Of a DNA stretch of 57,221 nucleotides, positions 9,319 through 19,381 are shown piece by piece. The stretch comes from an uncultured Clostridia bacterium. GTDB taxonomy: Bacteria > Bacillota > Clostridia > TANB77 > CAG-508. Location: positions 1 through 57,221 of the forward strand of contig CALXLP010000005.1 in the NCBI GenBank assembly GCA_944389225.1, given 5' to 3'. Position 1 is the first letter of the stretch. The number at the start of each line of letters is the position of its first letter. The position numbers and the translations under genes were made by a program. The notes beneath the pieces are model-generated. The model ran no database searches and was not told the DNA's origin. It worked only from the letters and a program-made list of their open reading frames with translations.

Positions 9319-9442
9319 TTATTTCTCTTTCAGAATATATCAATTTGCTTTTCTTTGTTAAGTCTACTATACTTTTTTTCTAAAATCAATAAATTTTATT
9401 TCTTTTTTTGCATATGATATATAGATTGGAGGTATAAAATAC

Positions 9443-11293
9443 ATGTGTGGTTTTACTGGATTTGTGAATATAAAAGAACAATTACATGAAAATTCTAAAA
9501 CAATTTTAGAAAATATGAATGAAACATTATCGAAAAGAGGACCTGATGAAGATGGATATTTTGTTTCAGATAATGTCTATTTAGCACATAAACGATTAAT
9601 TGTGATTGACCCTGATGGTGGTAAACAGCCAATGATAGAACATACATCCTATGGAGATTACATTATTTGTTATAATGGACAAATATACAACACAAAAGAA
9701 CTTAGAGAAATCTTAATCAAAAATGGTTTTACTTTTAAAGGACATTGTGATACAGAAGTCATTTTAAAAGGATATATTCATTTTGGAAAAGAAATTGTTC
9801 ATCATTTAAATGGTATCTTTGCTTTTGCCATTTGGAATTCAAAAGATAAAGAATTATTTATGGCAAGAGACCATTTTGGTGTCAAACCATTATTTTATTC
9901 TGTATTCCATAATACCTTAGTATTTGGTTCAGAAATAAAAGCGATATTTCAATATCCTGGAATTGAAAAAATCTTAGATAGTCAAGGTATATCTGAATTA
10001 TTAGGCATTGGTCCTAGCCATACACCTGGTACAACCATTTTTAAAAATATCTATGAATTAAAACCTGCTCATTTTGCTGTATTTAATGAATATGGCTTAA
10101 AGATAAAACGATATTGGAAACTACATTCAGAAGAACATATTGATAATTTAGCACAAACTTGTCATCATGTTCGTTACTTATTAAAAGATGCAATTGAACG
10201 TCAATTGGTTTCAGATGTTCCTTTATGTACATTCTTATCTGGTGGTTTGGATTCTAGTATTATCACAAAATTTGCTGCTGATTTCTATGAGAAAGAAAAT
10301 TTACCACTTTTAGATACTTATTCAATTGATTATGTAGATAATGATAAAAACTTTGTTAAAAGTGATTTTCAGCCAAATTCAGATAATTATTATATAGAAT
10401 TAATGTGTAAAAATTTGCATACCAAACATCATAATATTGTCATTGACACCCCAGAACTTGCCTCTTATTTATATGATAGTATGATTGCAAGAGATATGCC
10501 TGGTATGGCTGATATTGATTCTTCTTTGCTATTATTCTGCAAAAATGTAAAGCCAGAGCAAACAGTTGCTCTAACAGGCGAATGCGCTGATGAAATTTTT
10601 GGAGGCTATCCATGGTTCTTTAGAGAAGATGCTTTAAATAGTGGTACTTTCCCTTGGTCAATCGCCATCAGCGAAAGGCAAACATTATTACATCCTGATT
10701 TAAGTAAAAAAGTACATTTAAAAGAATATATTGATTATCGTTATAATGAAAGTTTAGAAGAGGTTGAAATATTAGATACAGATTCTAAGGAAACTGCTGA
10801 AAAACGAAAAATTTCTTATCTGACTTTAAATTGGTTTATGCAAACATTGTTAGATCGTTCTGATAGAATGGCTATGTATAATGGATTTGAACTTCGTGTT
10901 CCTTTCTGTGATTACAGACTGGCACAATATGTATGGAATATTCCTTGGGAAATGAAGGCTCTAAATGGTAGAGAAAAAGGATTGCTTCGTTATATTTGTA
11001 AAGACTTTTTACCTGCTGAAATTGTCGATAGAAAAAAATCACCATATCCTAAAACACATAATCCTACGTATTTAGCTAAAGTAAAAGATATGCTAACAAA
11101 TATTATGCAAAATCCAAATGCACCAATTAATGATTTATTAAATAGAAAATATATTCTAGAAATCTTAGATACAAATGGTTCTAGTTTTACTAGACCTTGG
11201 TTTGGTCAATTGATGACAGGTCCACAGCTTATGGCATACCTTTGCCAGGTAAACATGTGGCTTGAGAAGTATGAGCCTAAGATTGAAATATAA
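9443..11293 (+). CDS. asnB: Asparagine synthase (glutamine-hydrolysing)
   Basis: 616 aa with an N-terminal Ntn nucleophile 'MCGF', a GATase-II domain and the PP-loop 'SGGLDSS'. GGAGG RBS lies upstream. Confidence 0.92.
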   Translation: MCGFTGFVNIKEQLHENSKTILENMNETLSKRGPDEDGYFVSDNVYLAHKRLIVIDPDGGKQPMIEHTSYGDYIICYNGQIYNTKELREILIKNGFTFKGHCDTEVILKGYIHFGKEIVHHLNGIFAFAIWNSKDKELFMARDHFGVKPLFYSVFHNTLVFGSEIKAIFQYPGIEKILDSQGISELLGIGPSHTPGTTIFKNIYELKPAHFAVFNEYGLKIKRYWKLHSEEHIDNLAQTCHHVRYLLKDAIERQLVSDVPLCTFLSGGLDSSIITKFAADFYEKENLPLLDTYSIDYVDNDKNFVKSDFQPNSDNYYIELMCKNLHTKHHNIVIDTPELASYLYDSMIARDMPGMADIDSSLLLFCKNVKPEQTVALTGECADEIFGGYPWFFREDALNSGTFPWSIAISERQTLLHPDLSKKVHLKEYIDYRYNESLEEVEILDTDSKETAEKRKISYLTLNWFMQTLLDRSDRMAMYNGFELRVPFCDYRLAQYVWNIPWEMKALNGREKGLLRYICKDFLPAEIVDRKKSPYPKTHNPTYLAKVKDMLTNIMQNPNAPINDLLNRKYILEILDTNGSSFTRPWFGQLMTGPQLMAYLCQVNMWLEKYEPKIEI

Positions 11294-11302
11294 ATGCTAA
11301 AA

Positions 11303-11325
11303 AGAATACAGCTGTGTTCTTTTTG
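11303..11325 (+). terminator. Intrinsic terminator after asnB
   Basis: AGAATAC-agct-GTGTTCT followed by TTTT. Confidence 0.55.
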
Positions 11326-11337
11326 GCGAACTTTTCT

Positions 11338-11583
11338 TTAGTCGTCTAATCGAAATTCTTCTTGATTACTCAATGCAAGAAATAAATTTGCTAGTGGATT
11401 AAACAATATTGGTGCAATAAATCCATAACCATTTGCACCAATTCCACCTTGCATCTCATAAAGTTGTGTCTGTTCGCCGTCATAATAAACCTCTGCCTTT
11501 ATTTCTTTCTTGTTTATCTTTGATAACATTTGGCAAATATCTTCTACCACTATAATTCTGCTTTTCAAAACTTGAGGTTCCAA
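11338..11583 (-). CDS. Doubtful small ORF (81 aa, TTG start inside a palindrome)
   Basis: The ORF exists, but its start codon lies within the 35-nt palindrome and no SD is visible. It may be a gene remnant. Confidence 0.2.
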   Translation of the reverse strand: MEPQVLKSRIIVVEDICQMLSKINKKEIKAEVYYDGEQTQLYEMQGGIGANGYGFIAPILFNPLANLFLALSNQEEFRLDD

Positions 11584-11601
11584 ATTGGAACCTCAAGTTT
11601 T
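11567..11601. terminator. Perfect 35-nt palindrome, likely bidirectional terminator
   Basis: AAAACTTGAGGTTCCAA-A-TTGGAACCTCAAGTTTT gives a 17-bp stem whose outer A4/T4 serve as a U-tract in either direction. It lies downstream of the GNAT gene. Confidence 0.6.
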
Positions 11602-11625
11602 CCAATGTTCAATCCTTATTGTATG

Positions 11626-12111
11626 TTATATTTCCTTAATTATTTTATAGGTTCTTATAATATATCCTTTTTTTTCATAAAACTCTAGACCAGTTTTATT
11701 AGTACCAAACACATCAATATCTACATATTTACAATCTATACTTTTCAAATAACTCTCAGCTTCTGCTAATAAAGTACTACCTATATTTTGTCCTCTTTCG
11801 TTTTCTTTTATAATTAATTTTAATATTCTCCCCCTTTTAGGGCAAGTACTAACATATTTATGTCCAAATGGTAAGTCATCAACTACACAAGCTATTAGAC
11901 CTACTATTTTAGAATCAATTAATGCAAGAAAGATTTTTCCATCTTTTTCTTTTACTACATTATACACCAAGTTAAAGTATTCTTCTCTATAATTATCTAC
12001 ATTCGTCATAATTTTTTGTTCATCTATTTTAGCATGATAATCTTGCAATTCTACTAATAATTTTTTTACTTCTTCTTTATATTCATCATTATATTCTAAT
12101 ATCTCTATCAT
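11626..12111 (-). CDS. GNAT-family N-acetyltransferase
   Basis: 161 aa with 'RGQNIGSTLLAEAESYLK', the Q/R-x-x-G-x-G/A acetyl-CoA motif. Confidence 0.8.
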   Translation of the reverse strand: MIEILEYNDEYKEEVKKLLVELQDYHAKIDEQKIMTNVDNYREEYFNLVYNVVKEKDGKIFLALIDSKIVGLIACVVDDLPFGHKYVSTCPKRGRILKLIIKENERGQNIGSTLLAEAESYLKSIDCKYVDIDVFGTNKTGLEFYEKKGYIIRTYKIIKEI

Positions 12112-12136
12112 TTTGCTACACCTCTTTTAAATAATT

Positions 12137-12796
12137 TTATTTTACAAATGTCTTAAAAAATTTATCAAAAAATTCTATGTCATTTAACGCTTCAGGATGC
12201 CATTGCACTCCTATTATATTTCCATTTTCTATTGCTTCAATTATTCCATCTTCACTTATGGCAGTCACTTTAAAATTATTAGCTAATTTTCTTACAGCTT
12301 GTCTGTGTAATGAGTTTATTTCGATTTCTTCTTTTTGATAAACACTATATAAAAATGAATCTGTTGTAATTTTAGCTTTATGTTTACTATTATCTAGTAA
12401 CTTGTGGTTTAATACATTTTGGTTTAAATCTCCTCCGAAATATACATTTAATGTTTGCATACCACCACATATTCCTAAAATAGGCTTTTTGGCTTTTATA
12501 AATACATCTATTACTTGTTTATCTAATTTGTATTCATCATATTTATATTCTTTACCCGGAAATGGAAGATCATTATAGTATTTAGGGTCTACACCTATTG
12601 AACTACCTGGCAATATTAAAGCATCACACATATTTTCAATTTTTTCTATATTTACTATTGATAATACTGGTATAATTAAAATATTTAACATATCAAATAT
12701 CTCTATATATGACTTATTTATTGTATATCTTTTCTTAAATGGCGTTTCTTCTTCATAATTTTCTAATCTTCCAATAATTGCAACATTCATAACCAA
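12137..12796 (-). CDS. Class-I glutamine amidotransferase-like, peptidase C26 / gamma-glutamyl-GABA hydrolase family
   Basis: 219 aa with the nucleophile elbow 'GICGGMQ' and C-terminal 'VQWHPE'. Confidence 0.8.
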   Translation of the reverse strand: MVMNVAIIGRLENYEEETPFKKRYTINKSYIEIFDMLNILIIPVLSIVNIEKIENMCDALILPGSSIGVDPKYYNDLPFPGKEYKYDEYKLDKQVIDVFIKAKKPILGICGGMQTLNVYFGGDLNQNVLNHKLLDNSKHKAKITTDSFLYSVYQKEEIEINSLHRQAVRKLANNFKVTAISEDGIIEAIENGNIIGVQWHPEALNDIEFFDKFFKTFVK

Positions 12797-12814
12797 CTTT
12801 CCCTTCTTTTTGAT

Positions 12815-13138
12815 TTAATCTATAAATGTTTTTAAAAATTTTTCAAATAATTTTATATCATACATTGCTTCTGGATGCCATTGTACCCCTATTATATTTC
12901 CGTTTTCTATTGCTTCAATCACACCATCTTTGCTTACAGCTGTAACCTCAAAATTTGGTGCTACATCTTTAATAGATTGTAAATGGTAAGAATTTACTTC
13001 CATATTTTCTTTATTATGTACTTTATATAGAAATGAATCTTTCTTTATTTTTATTTCATGTCTATCTACACTGTATTTTTTTAAAGAATGATTTGGTATT
13101 AATTGATTTAATGTTCCTCCAAATATTACATTTAATAT
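12815..13138 (-). pseudogene. 5'-truncated tandem paralogue of the C26 amidotransferase (C-terminal ~107 codons only)
   Basis: The in-frame translation 'ILNVIFGGTLNQ...NSYHLQS...VIEAIENGNIIGVQWHPEA' parallels the C-terminal half of 12137-12796. The Cys-elbow half is missing, and homology ends at the stop codon of the ORF6N gene. Confidence 0.65.
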
Positions 13139-13671
13139 ATGCTTTGTTTAAATTCTATTTTTTCATTTTTTTGAATTTCATCAAAAACTTTTTCAAACTT
13201 TTTTTCATGCTCTGTTAACATTTTGTTTTGTTCCAATATTTTATATTCTACGTTTGTTCGCCTTTCAAATACTTGTCCATTTCTTGCAATAAATTTTCGC
13301 ATTTCAACAAAGGCATTCATAATCCTAATACTTACTTGTATTGCTACTTGATTTCTTAGCAATCCTGAAAGCATGGCAATTCCCTGTTCTGTAAATACAT
13401 ATGGTAATGTTCTTCTGCCTCCATAGTTTTCTGCTTCAATTTCAGTTAATTTAAAGCAAAAATTTTCAGGAAATCTCTCGATGTTTCTTCTTACAGCTTC
13501 ATTTATACGTTTAGTTGGATACTGATATAACATAGCTACATCACTATCTAACATTACTTGTTTTCCTCTAATTGTATAAATTAAATTTTTTATGTTTTCT
13601 GTTTCAGATTTTGCTATATTTAATTTTTCATCTATTGGTACAATATTATTTTTTTCATTCATAATTAACAC
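13132..13671 (-). CDS. ORF6N (KilA-N-related) DNA-binding domain protein
   Basis: 179 aa with 'IRGKQVMLDSDVAMLYQYPTKRINEAVRRNIERFPENFCFKLT...RTLPYVFTEQGIAMLS', the typical ORF6N signature. Confidence 0.75.
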   Translation of the reverse strand: MLIMNEKNNIVPIDEKLNIAKSETENIKNLIYTIRGKQVMLDSDVAMLYQYPTKRINEAVRRNIERFPENFCFKLTEIEAENYGGRRTLPYVFTEQGIAMLSGLLRNQVAIQVSIRIMNAFVEMRKFIARNGQVFERRTNVEYKILEQNKMLTEHEKKFEKVFDEIQKNEKIEFKQSIY

Positions 13672-13809
13672 ATCCTTAATTTGTTGTATGTATTATAGAA
13701 CATATGTTCTCGAATGTCAAGTGCTTTTTTAAATCACAGGTAAATTCCATTTAATATTGTTTTTTAATAAAAAAATATAAGAGGCAGTACAAAAAACTAC
13801 CTCTTAACA

Positions 13810-16035
13810 CTATATCCATAATTCAAATCTATCCTCTAAAACATTTACAGAATCTCCTCCTACAAAAACTTTAAACTCTCCACTTTCTGCTATAAATTCT
13901 AATTTTTCATTCCAGAATTTTAACATATGCATATCTATATCAAAATGTATATATCTTATTTCATATGGCTTAAAATATTCTTTTTTAAATGCCTTTAATT
14001 CTTTTACTGGTCTTACCACACTTCCATATAAATCTTGTATATATAACTGTATCACTTCATATCCTGCATAATCACTTTGATTTTCTATTTTTACAGTTAC
14101 AGTAATCGTTTCATTTCCACTAAGTTTATGTTTGTTTAGATGTAACTCTGTATATCTAAAATCACAATATGACAAACCATATCCAAATGGGTAAAAACTT
14201 TCTGTTGGAATATCTTGATATCTGGATACATATCGAAGATTGTCATGATGTGGTCTACCTGTATTATAATGGTTATAATATACTGGACATTGTCCTACAT
14301 TTTGAGGAAAGCTCATGGTTAATTTTCCTGATGGATTTTCTTCTCCAAATAGCATTTCTACAATTGCTTTTGCTCCCATTGTTCCTGGGAACCATACTTC
14401 TAGAATTGCATCTAATTTTTCTTCTATTGTATTAAGTTCAATAGGTCTACCATTAAATAGAATTAATACCATTGGTTTGGATAATGTATATAATTTATTG
14501 ATTAATTGTATTTGATTTTCTGGTAGAGCAATATTAGAACGTGAACATGCTTCTCCACTTTGTTTGTAATGCTCTCCTAACGCTAAAAAAATAATGTCCG
14601 CTTTTTTTGCAGTTTGTATTGCTGAAACAATCATGTCTTGTTCTTTTTGACTTTCATTTTCTACATGCACAGTAGGTAATCCATCTGCTGATAATACTTT
14701 ATTAATTTCTTCTTGTCTTAAAATCTCACATCCTTTTGCATATAATACCTGACTTCCCATTTTTTCTTTAAATATATCTAAAATAGTACCATTTTTTGTT
14801 CTATCAGAAAACATAGACCATGAACCAGTAATTCCAATATTATCTATATATGGTCCAATTAAGGCAATCTTTTTATTTTTTTGTAATGGCAACACATGGT
14901 TTTTATTTTTTAATAAGACAAATGTTTCTTGTGTTAATTTTTTTGCTTTTTCTAGATTTGTTGGATTCATTAAATATGTCTTTTCTTTGATTTCATTCGT
15001 ATTTCCATACGGATTTTCAAATAATCCTAATTTATTTTTTAAGGTTAATATTCTCAAAACACTTTCATTTACTTTGTTTTCTGTTTCTTGATTTTCTAAG
15101 CACAAGTCTTTTAAGTGATTTGCATATAAGCTAGACATCATATCAATGTCAACACCTGCATTAATAGCATTTCTTGCTGCTTCTATTTCATTTGCAGAAT
15201 ACCCATGTGTTATAGTTTCTTCAATTGCCCCATAGTCTGAAATGATAATTCCTTTAAATCCCAATTCTTTCCTAATTACTTCTTGAATTAACCATTTGTT
15301 TACTGTAGATGGGATACCATTTAATATGTTAAATGATGTCATTAACATTTCTGCTCCTGCTTCTATTGCTGCCTTATATGCTGGTAGATAATACTGTCTA
15401 AATTCTCTTTCTGACATATCTACTGTATTATAATCCCTTCCTGCTTCTACTGCTCCATAGGCTGCTATATGTTTCACACAAGATGCTATTTTTCCTATTT
15501 CTGCAAGATTTTTCCCTTGATACGCTTTTACCATTGTTTTGGCATAAATTTCTCCTAGAAGAGGATCTTCCCCTCCAATGGATTCCATCACTCTGCCCCA
15601 TCTAGCATCTCTTGATAAGTCTACCATTGGTGAAAAATTTACATTAGCACCTGCTATACTAGATTCCATGCTAGATATTTCTGTCATCTCTTTTACAACT
15701 TTGGTATTCCATGAACACCCTTGTGCAATTGGTATCGGAAATGCAATTTTATATCCATTAATAACATCATCCATAAATAGAAGAGGTATTTTTAATCTAC
15801 TTTTGGATAAATATTCATCTTGTATCTTTTTAACCTTTTCTGCTCCTATAACATTTAAAACAGAACCTACATGATATGCTTTCTCTTTAGATAGATGTAA
15901 ATCTTTTAATGGTCCTGTTAATACACTGTTTGTATCTTCTGATAAGAATATATCTCCTGTAATTTGTACCATTTGACCTATTTTTTCTTCTACTGTCATT
16001 TCATTTAATAGTTCTACTATTTCCTTATGTTTCAT
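13810..16035 (-). CDS. Glycoside hydrolase family 3 beta-glucosidase
   Basis: About 741 aa with GH3 N- and C-terminal domains plus an FnIII-like tail, and a nucleophile region 'GFKGIIISDYGAI'. The start is placed at the second ATG (16035), which has GGAGG 5 nt upstream. Confidence 0.88.
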   Translation of the reverse strand: MKHKEIVELLNEMTVEEKIGQMVQITGDIFLSEDTNSVLTGPLKDLHLSKEKAYHVGSVLNVIGAEKVKKIQDEYLSKSRLKIPLLFMDDVINGYKIAFPIPIAQGCSWNTKVVKEMTEISSMESSIAGANVNFSPMVDLSRDARWGRVMESIGGEDPLLGEIYAKTMVKAYQGKNLAEIGKIASCVKHIAAYGAVEAGRDYNTVDMSEREFRQYYLPAYKAAIEAGAEMLMTSFNILNGIPSTVNKWLIQEVIRKELGFKGIIISDYGAIEETITHGYSANEIEAARNAINAGVDIDMMSSLYANHLKDLCLENQETENKVNESVLRILTLKNKLGLFENPYGNTNEIKEKTYLMNPTNLEKAKKLTQETFVLLKNKNHVLPLQKNKKIALIGPYIDNIGITGSWSMFSDRTKNGTILDIFKEKMGSQVLYAKGCEILRQEEINKVLSADGLPTVHVENESQKEQDMIVSAIQTAKKADIIFLALGEHYKQSGEACSRSNIALPENQIQLINKLYTLSKPMVLILFNGRPIELNTIEEKLDAILEVWFPGTMGAKAIVEMLFGEENPSGKLTMSFPQNVGQCPVYYNHYNTGRPHHDNLRYVSRYQDIPTESFYPFGYGLSYCDFRYTELHLNKHKLSGNETITVTVKIENQSDYAGYEVIQLYIQDLYGSVVRPVKELKAFKKEYFKPYEIRYIHFDIDMHMLKFWNEKLEFIAESGEFKVFVGGDSVNVLEDRFELWI

Positions 16036-16139
16036 AGAAACCTCCATTCAAGCAATTTGACTCTGTGTATAAGATTGGTGTAAAAAGCTTTCTTTCCACA
16101 CGAATTCTATTTATTAAAAGCAAAATTTCTATACAAAAA

Positions 16140-17390
16140 TCACACTCGAATTTCTTTTGTTTTTGTATTCATATTTTTTTTACTAATATTTAACATTTCT
16201 AATCCTTTTTGTACATATTCATTTTTCATGAGCTGATTCCATAGTAATTGAGATAAATAATTTTCTATCATCATCATAGATATGCCTTTATCAATTCCAA
16301 TGACTTCTTTTGAATACCATTGTCCATTTTCTAGGTTGTATCCATCAATAAAACCATATTTTCCCCATAATTTTGGATAATGGTTGTAATAATTTTCTAA
16401 TGCTTTTATACTTAATTCTGGTGTGAATACGACAGAACCTGCTGCACCACATGGGCTAACCGTTCCATCATTTAGTTTATTTACATCTGCTAAAGCTGGC
16501 ATTGCTCCATATTCTCCAGAATATCCATTAGGTCCTAGACATGCTGTTAATCCCCATGAATTTTCACCAAACGTTTTAAATCTATCTTTATTTTTAATAC
16601 AATATGTCCTATTGGCTATGGTTGCTTTTTTTGAATTTTCAAACCAGTCAATTCCATTTTCATCTTTTCTATCTCTAAAATCTATCCATGCATGAGAAAA
16701 TTGATAAGTAAATAATGTTCCACAATATGTATAAATAATATCTTCTATTCCTTCATATGTACATGTTTCTTTTCTCATTTCATCATACATTGTTTTTGGA
16801 ATGGGATATGTTGGAGAAGCCACGCCTAAAATATATAACATTAATTGCTCAGCATACATATCCCAATGTCCCCAAAATCCCGTTTCTGGTTTATATCCCA
16901 TATAAAAATAATTACTTTCTTTATTTCGATACCATTCCCAATTCACTCTTTTATATAGTTCTTCTGCTTTTTGCTTTATCTTTCCTCGAAAATATTCTCC
17001 TGCTGATATTGCTCCACATATAAAGATAGCTGTATCAATAATCGATATTTCACAATTCCATTCTCTTTTTCCTGTATAGATATTCACAAAATGATAATAA
17101 AATCCATTTTCTCCTTCTACATAATTTAAAAATGTATCTAACGTTTTACTTACTCTTCTATAAGCCTCTGGATAAGAAATCCAGTTTCTATTAGCTCCAA
17201 TCACTAAAGCTGCTAATCCATATCCGACAGATGCAATACTTGCAATTTCATCTGCATACATATCCTTATCTTTTATTAACCCATATCCTTTGCTTTTCAA
17301 ATCTACATTTGCTTCTTTTATGAAGAAATGATAACTTGCTTTTAATTCTTTTAACAATAATGTATCTCCATATTTCTTTAGTAATCTCAT
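16140..17390 (-). CDS. Glucoamylase-like (alpha/alpha)6-barrel protein, possibly beta-1,2-glucanase (GH144-like)
   Basis: 416 aa, cytoplasmic, Trp/Tyr-rich, resembling the 'putative glucoamylase' family. It is adjacent to and co-directional with the GH3 gene. Family call is from memory. Confidence 0.45.
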   Translation of the reverse strand: MRLLKKYGDTLLLKELKASYHFFIKEANVDLKSKGYGLIKDKDMYADEIASIASVGYGLAALVIGANRNWISYPEAYRRVSKTLDTFLNYVEGENGFYYHFVNIYTGKREWNCEISIIDTAIFICGAISAGEYFRGKIKQKAEELYKRVNWEWYRNKESNYFYMGYKPETGFWGHWDMYAEQLMLYILGVASPTYPIPKTMYDEMRKETCTYEGIEDIIYTYCGTLFTYQFSHAWIDFRDRKDENGIDWFENSKKATIANRTYCIKNKDRFKTFGENSWGLTACLGPNGYSGEYGAMPALADVNKLNDGTVSPCGAAGSVVFTPELSIKALENYYNHYPKLWGKYGFIDGYNLENGQWYSKEVIGIDKGISMMMIENYLSQLLWNQLMKNEYVQKGLEMLNISKKNMNTKTKEIRV

Positions 17391-17626
17391 ATATATATTT
17401 CACCTCTAATACTATCTTAGCATGTCTTTTTACTTTTTCCTATGGAAATTATTGGTCACTTATTTATTATAGAGAACAAATATCTAATAAAAATCTATCT
17501 ATTGTTAAATTTTATTATCCACTTGCATCAATTATGTAAATGTAATATAATATCTGCTGAAACTTATCCATAAAATACTGCTATTTTGCAGTATTTCTTG
17601 TAACTAAAATGAAAGAGGTATACAAA

Positions 17627-18145
17627 ATGACAGAAAAATTTAAAACAATTCTAGATTCTTTAGGAAATTATCCCCCTGAATATGTTACTGACTTCTCTAT
17701 ATATCGGAACTGCTATGCACACGCATTAAATTGCATGTACGAAGATAGAGATTATACAGTATATTCACCTGGTGCAATCTATGCTACTTTTAATGATAGT
17801 GATATATTCACAGATTGTGATGCTACGTACTATTTTAGAGAAGACCTATTTATAAAATTGATAAAAAGAGATTGCTCTGTTTTATCTATTAATGCCGATT
17901 GCTGTAGTTTTGATTCTAAGATAGATGAAAATGCATATAAGATTGCTTTAACATATTCTAAAGCAGATAATGATTTTCATTTTATCAGGCAAAACATCGA
18001 CGGCTCATGGTCTCATAAACCAGGGTATGGTAGCTTACACCACTTAATTAAAAGTGAACAGATTTCTTATCATGGTGAATCACATATCGACATAAAGGGG
18101 ATCCCATACAAAGTTATCGAAATCATGAAGTTACAGAAAGTCTAA
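17627..18145 (+). CDS. Hypothetical protein, possible papain-fold Cys/His enzyme
   Basis: About 172 aa from the ATG preceded by AAAGAGG. It has 'NCYAHALN' and 'FHFIRQNIDGSWSHKPG', a Cys...His arrangement. Confidence 0.45.
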   Translation: MTEKFKTILDSLGNYPPEYVTDFSIYRNCYAHALNCMYEDRDYTVYSPGAIYATFNDSDIFTDCDATYYFREDLFIKLIKRDCSVLSINADCCSFDSKIDENAYKIALTYSKADNDFHFIRQNIDGSWSHKPGYGSLHHLIKSEQISYHGESHIDIKGIPYKVIEIMKLQKV

Positions 18146-18156
18146 AAATTCAAAGA

Positions 18157-18196
18157 ACAGCTTGCTCCAAAATATTTTAAGAGCAAGCTGTTTTTA
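18157..18196 (+). terminator. Intrinsic terminator between convergent genes
   Basis: ACAGCTTGCTC-13 nt-GAGCAAGCTGT followed by TTTTT. Confidence 0.8.
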
Positions 18197-18231
18197 TTTA
18201 AATATCTTTATTTTTTATATAATTTTATCTA

Positions 18232-19368
18232 CTATTTATATTCTTCCATAAGTTCATCTCTCACTTTTTTATCTAATGCTAAAATCTCTTCAACAGATGT
18301 TAATGGTGTTACTTTATGATTATCTAAAGCTTTTTCAATCATTCTTGGTATCTCTGTATAAGTAATTTCTTTATCTAAAAATTTCTTTACCGCCACCTCA
18401 TTTGCTGCATTTAATACGACTTGTGCACTATGTCCCATTTCTATTGCTCTAAAAGCTAATTTTAAGCATTTAAACTTTTCTAAGTCTGGCTTTTCAAATT
18501 TTAGTGTTTGTACTTCAAATAAATCTAATTTTTCAATTCTGTTTTCTAGTCTCGTTGGATAATTTAATGCATAAGCTATTGGAATTTGCATATCTTTTGG
18601 TCCAATATTGGCCATAATGGTTCCATCTTTAAATTGTACCATAGAATGAACCAAACTTTGTCTATGTACAACCACTTGAATATGAGATGGATCTACATTA
18701 AATAACCATCTAGCCTCTATAACTTCAAAACCTTTATTCATCATTGTAGATGAGTCAATGGTAACTTTTGGTCCCATTTTCCATGTTGGATGATTTAATG
18801 CCTGTTCTGGGGTGATATCATCCGTAATTGGTTTATCAAAAAATGGTCCTCCTGACGCGGTTAATAATATTTTATCAATTGGATTAGTTTCCTCTCCTCT
18901 TAAACATTGCATAATAGCACTATGTTCACTATCTACTGTAAGTAATTCTGTTTTACATTCTTTTGCTAAATTCATAATCAAAGAACCACCTGTTACCAAC
19001 ACTTCTTTATTTGCTAGTGCAACTTGTTTTGTATGTTTTATCATGTTGTAAGTTGGTTCTAATCCTGAAATTCCAACTAAAGCTGATACAGCAATATCTG
19101 CATCTTCTAATTTGGAAATTTCTCTTAGTCCTTCTTCTCCATAGTAAACATCTAAACCAGGAAATTCCTCTTTTAACCTATCTGCATTTTCTTTTGCTGT
19201 AATATACACATGTTTTGGTTGAAATTTATGAATTTGCTCGATTAATTTTGTAATATTTCTTCCAGCAACCAATGTAATTGCTTGAAATAAATCAGGATTT
19301 TCCTCCACAATTCTTAATGTTGTTGTTCCAATGGAACCTGTTGAACCAAAAATAGATATTTTTTTCAT
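18232..19368 (-). CDS. dxr: 1-deoxy-D-xylulose-5-phosphate reductoisomerase
   Basis: 378 aa with 'ISIFGSTGSIGTTTL' NADPH binding, 'LANKE' and 'DSEHSAI'. Confidence 0.93.
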   Translation of the reverse strand: MKKISIFGSTGSIGTTTLRIVEENPDLFQAITLVAGRNITKLIEQIHKFQPKHVYITAKENADRLKEEFPGLDVYYGEEGLREISKLEDADIAVSALVGISGLEPTYNMIKHTKQVALANKEVLVTGGSLIMNLAKECKTELLTVDSEHSAIMQCLRGEETNPIDKILLTASGGPFFDKPITDDITPEQALNHPTWKMGPKVTIDSSTMMNKGFEVIEARWLFNVDPSHIQVVVHRQSLVHSMVQFKDGTIMANIGPKDMQIPIAYALNYPTRLENRIEKLDLFEVQTLKFEKPDLEKFKCLKLAFRAIEMGHSAQVVLNAANEVAVKKFLDKEITYTEIPRMIEKALDNHKVTPLTSVEEILALDKKVRDELMEEYK

Positions 19369-19381
19369 ATATAAATTCCTC

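Noticed and set aside
13132-13671. Prophage or integrative element around the ORF6N gene
   Set aside because: Only this single mobile-element-associated domain is present. There is no integrase, terminase, structural genes or att-like direct repeats nearby.
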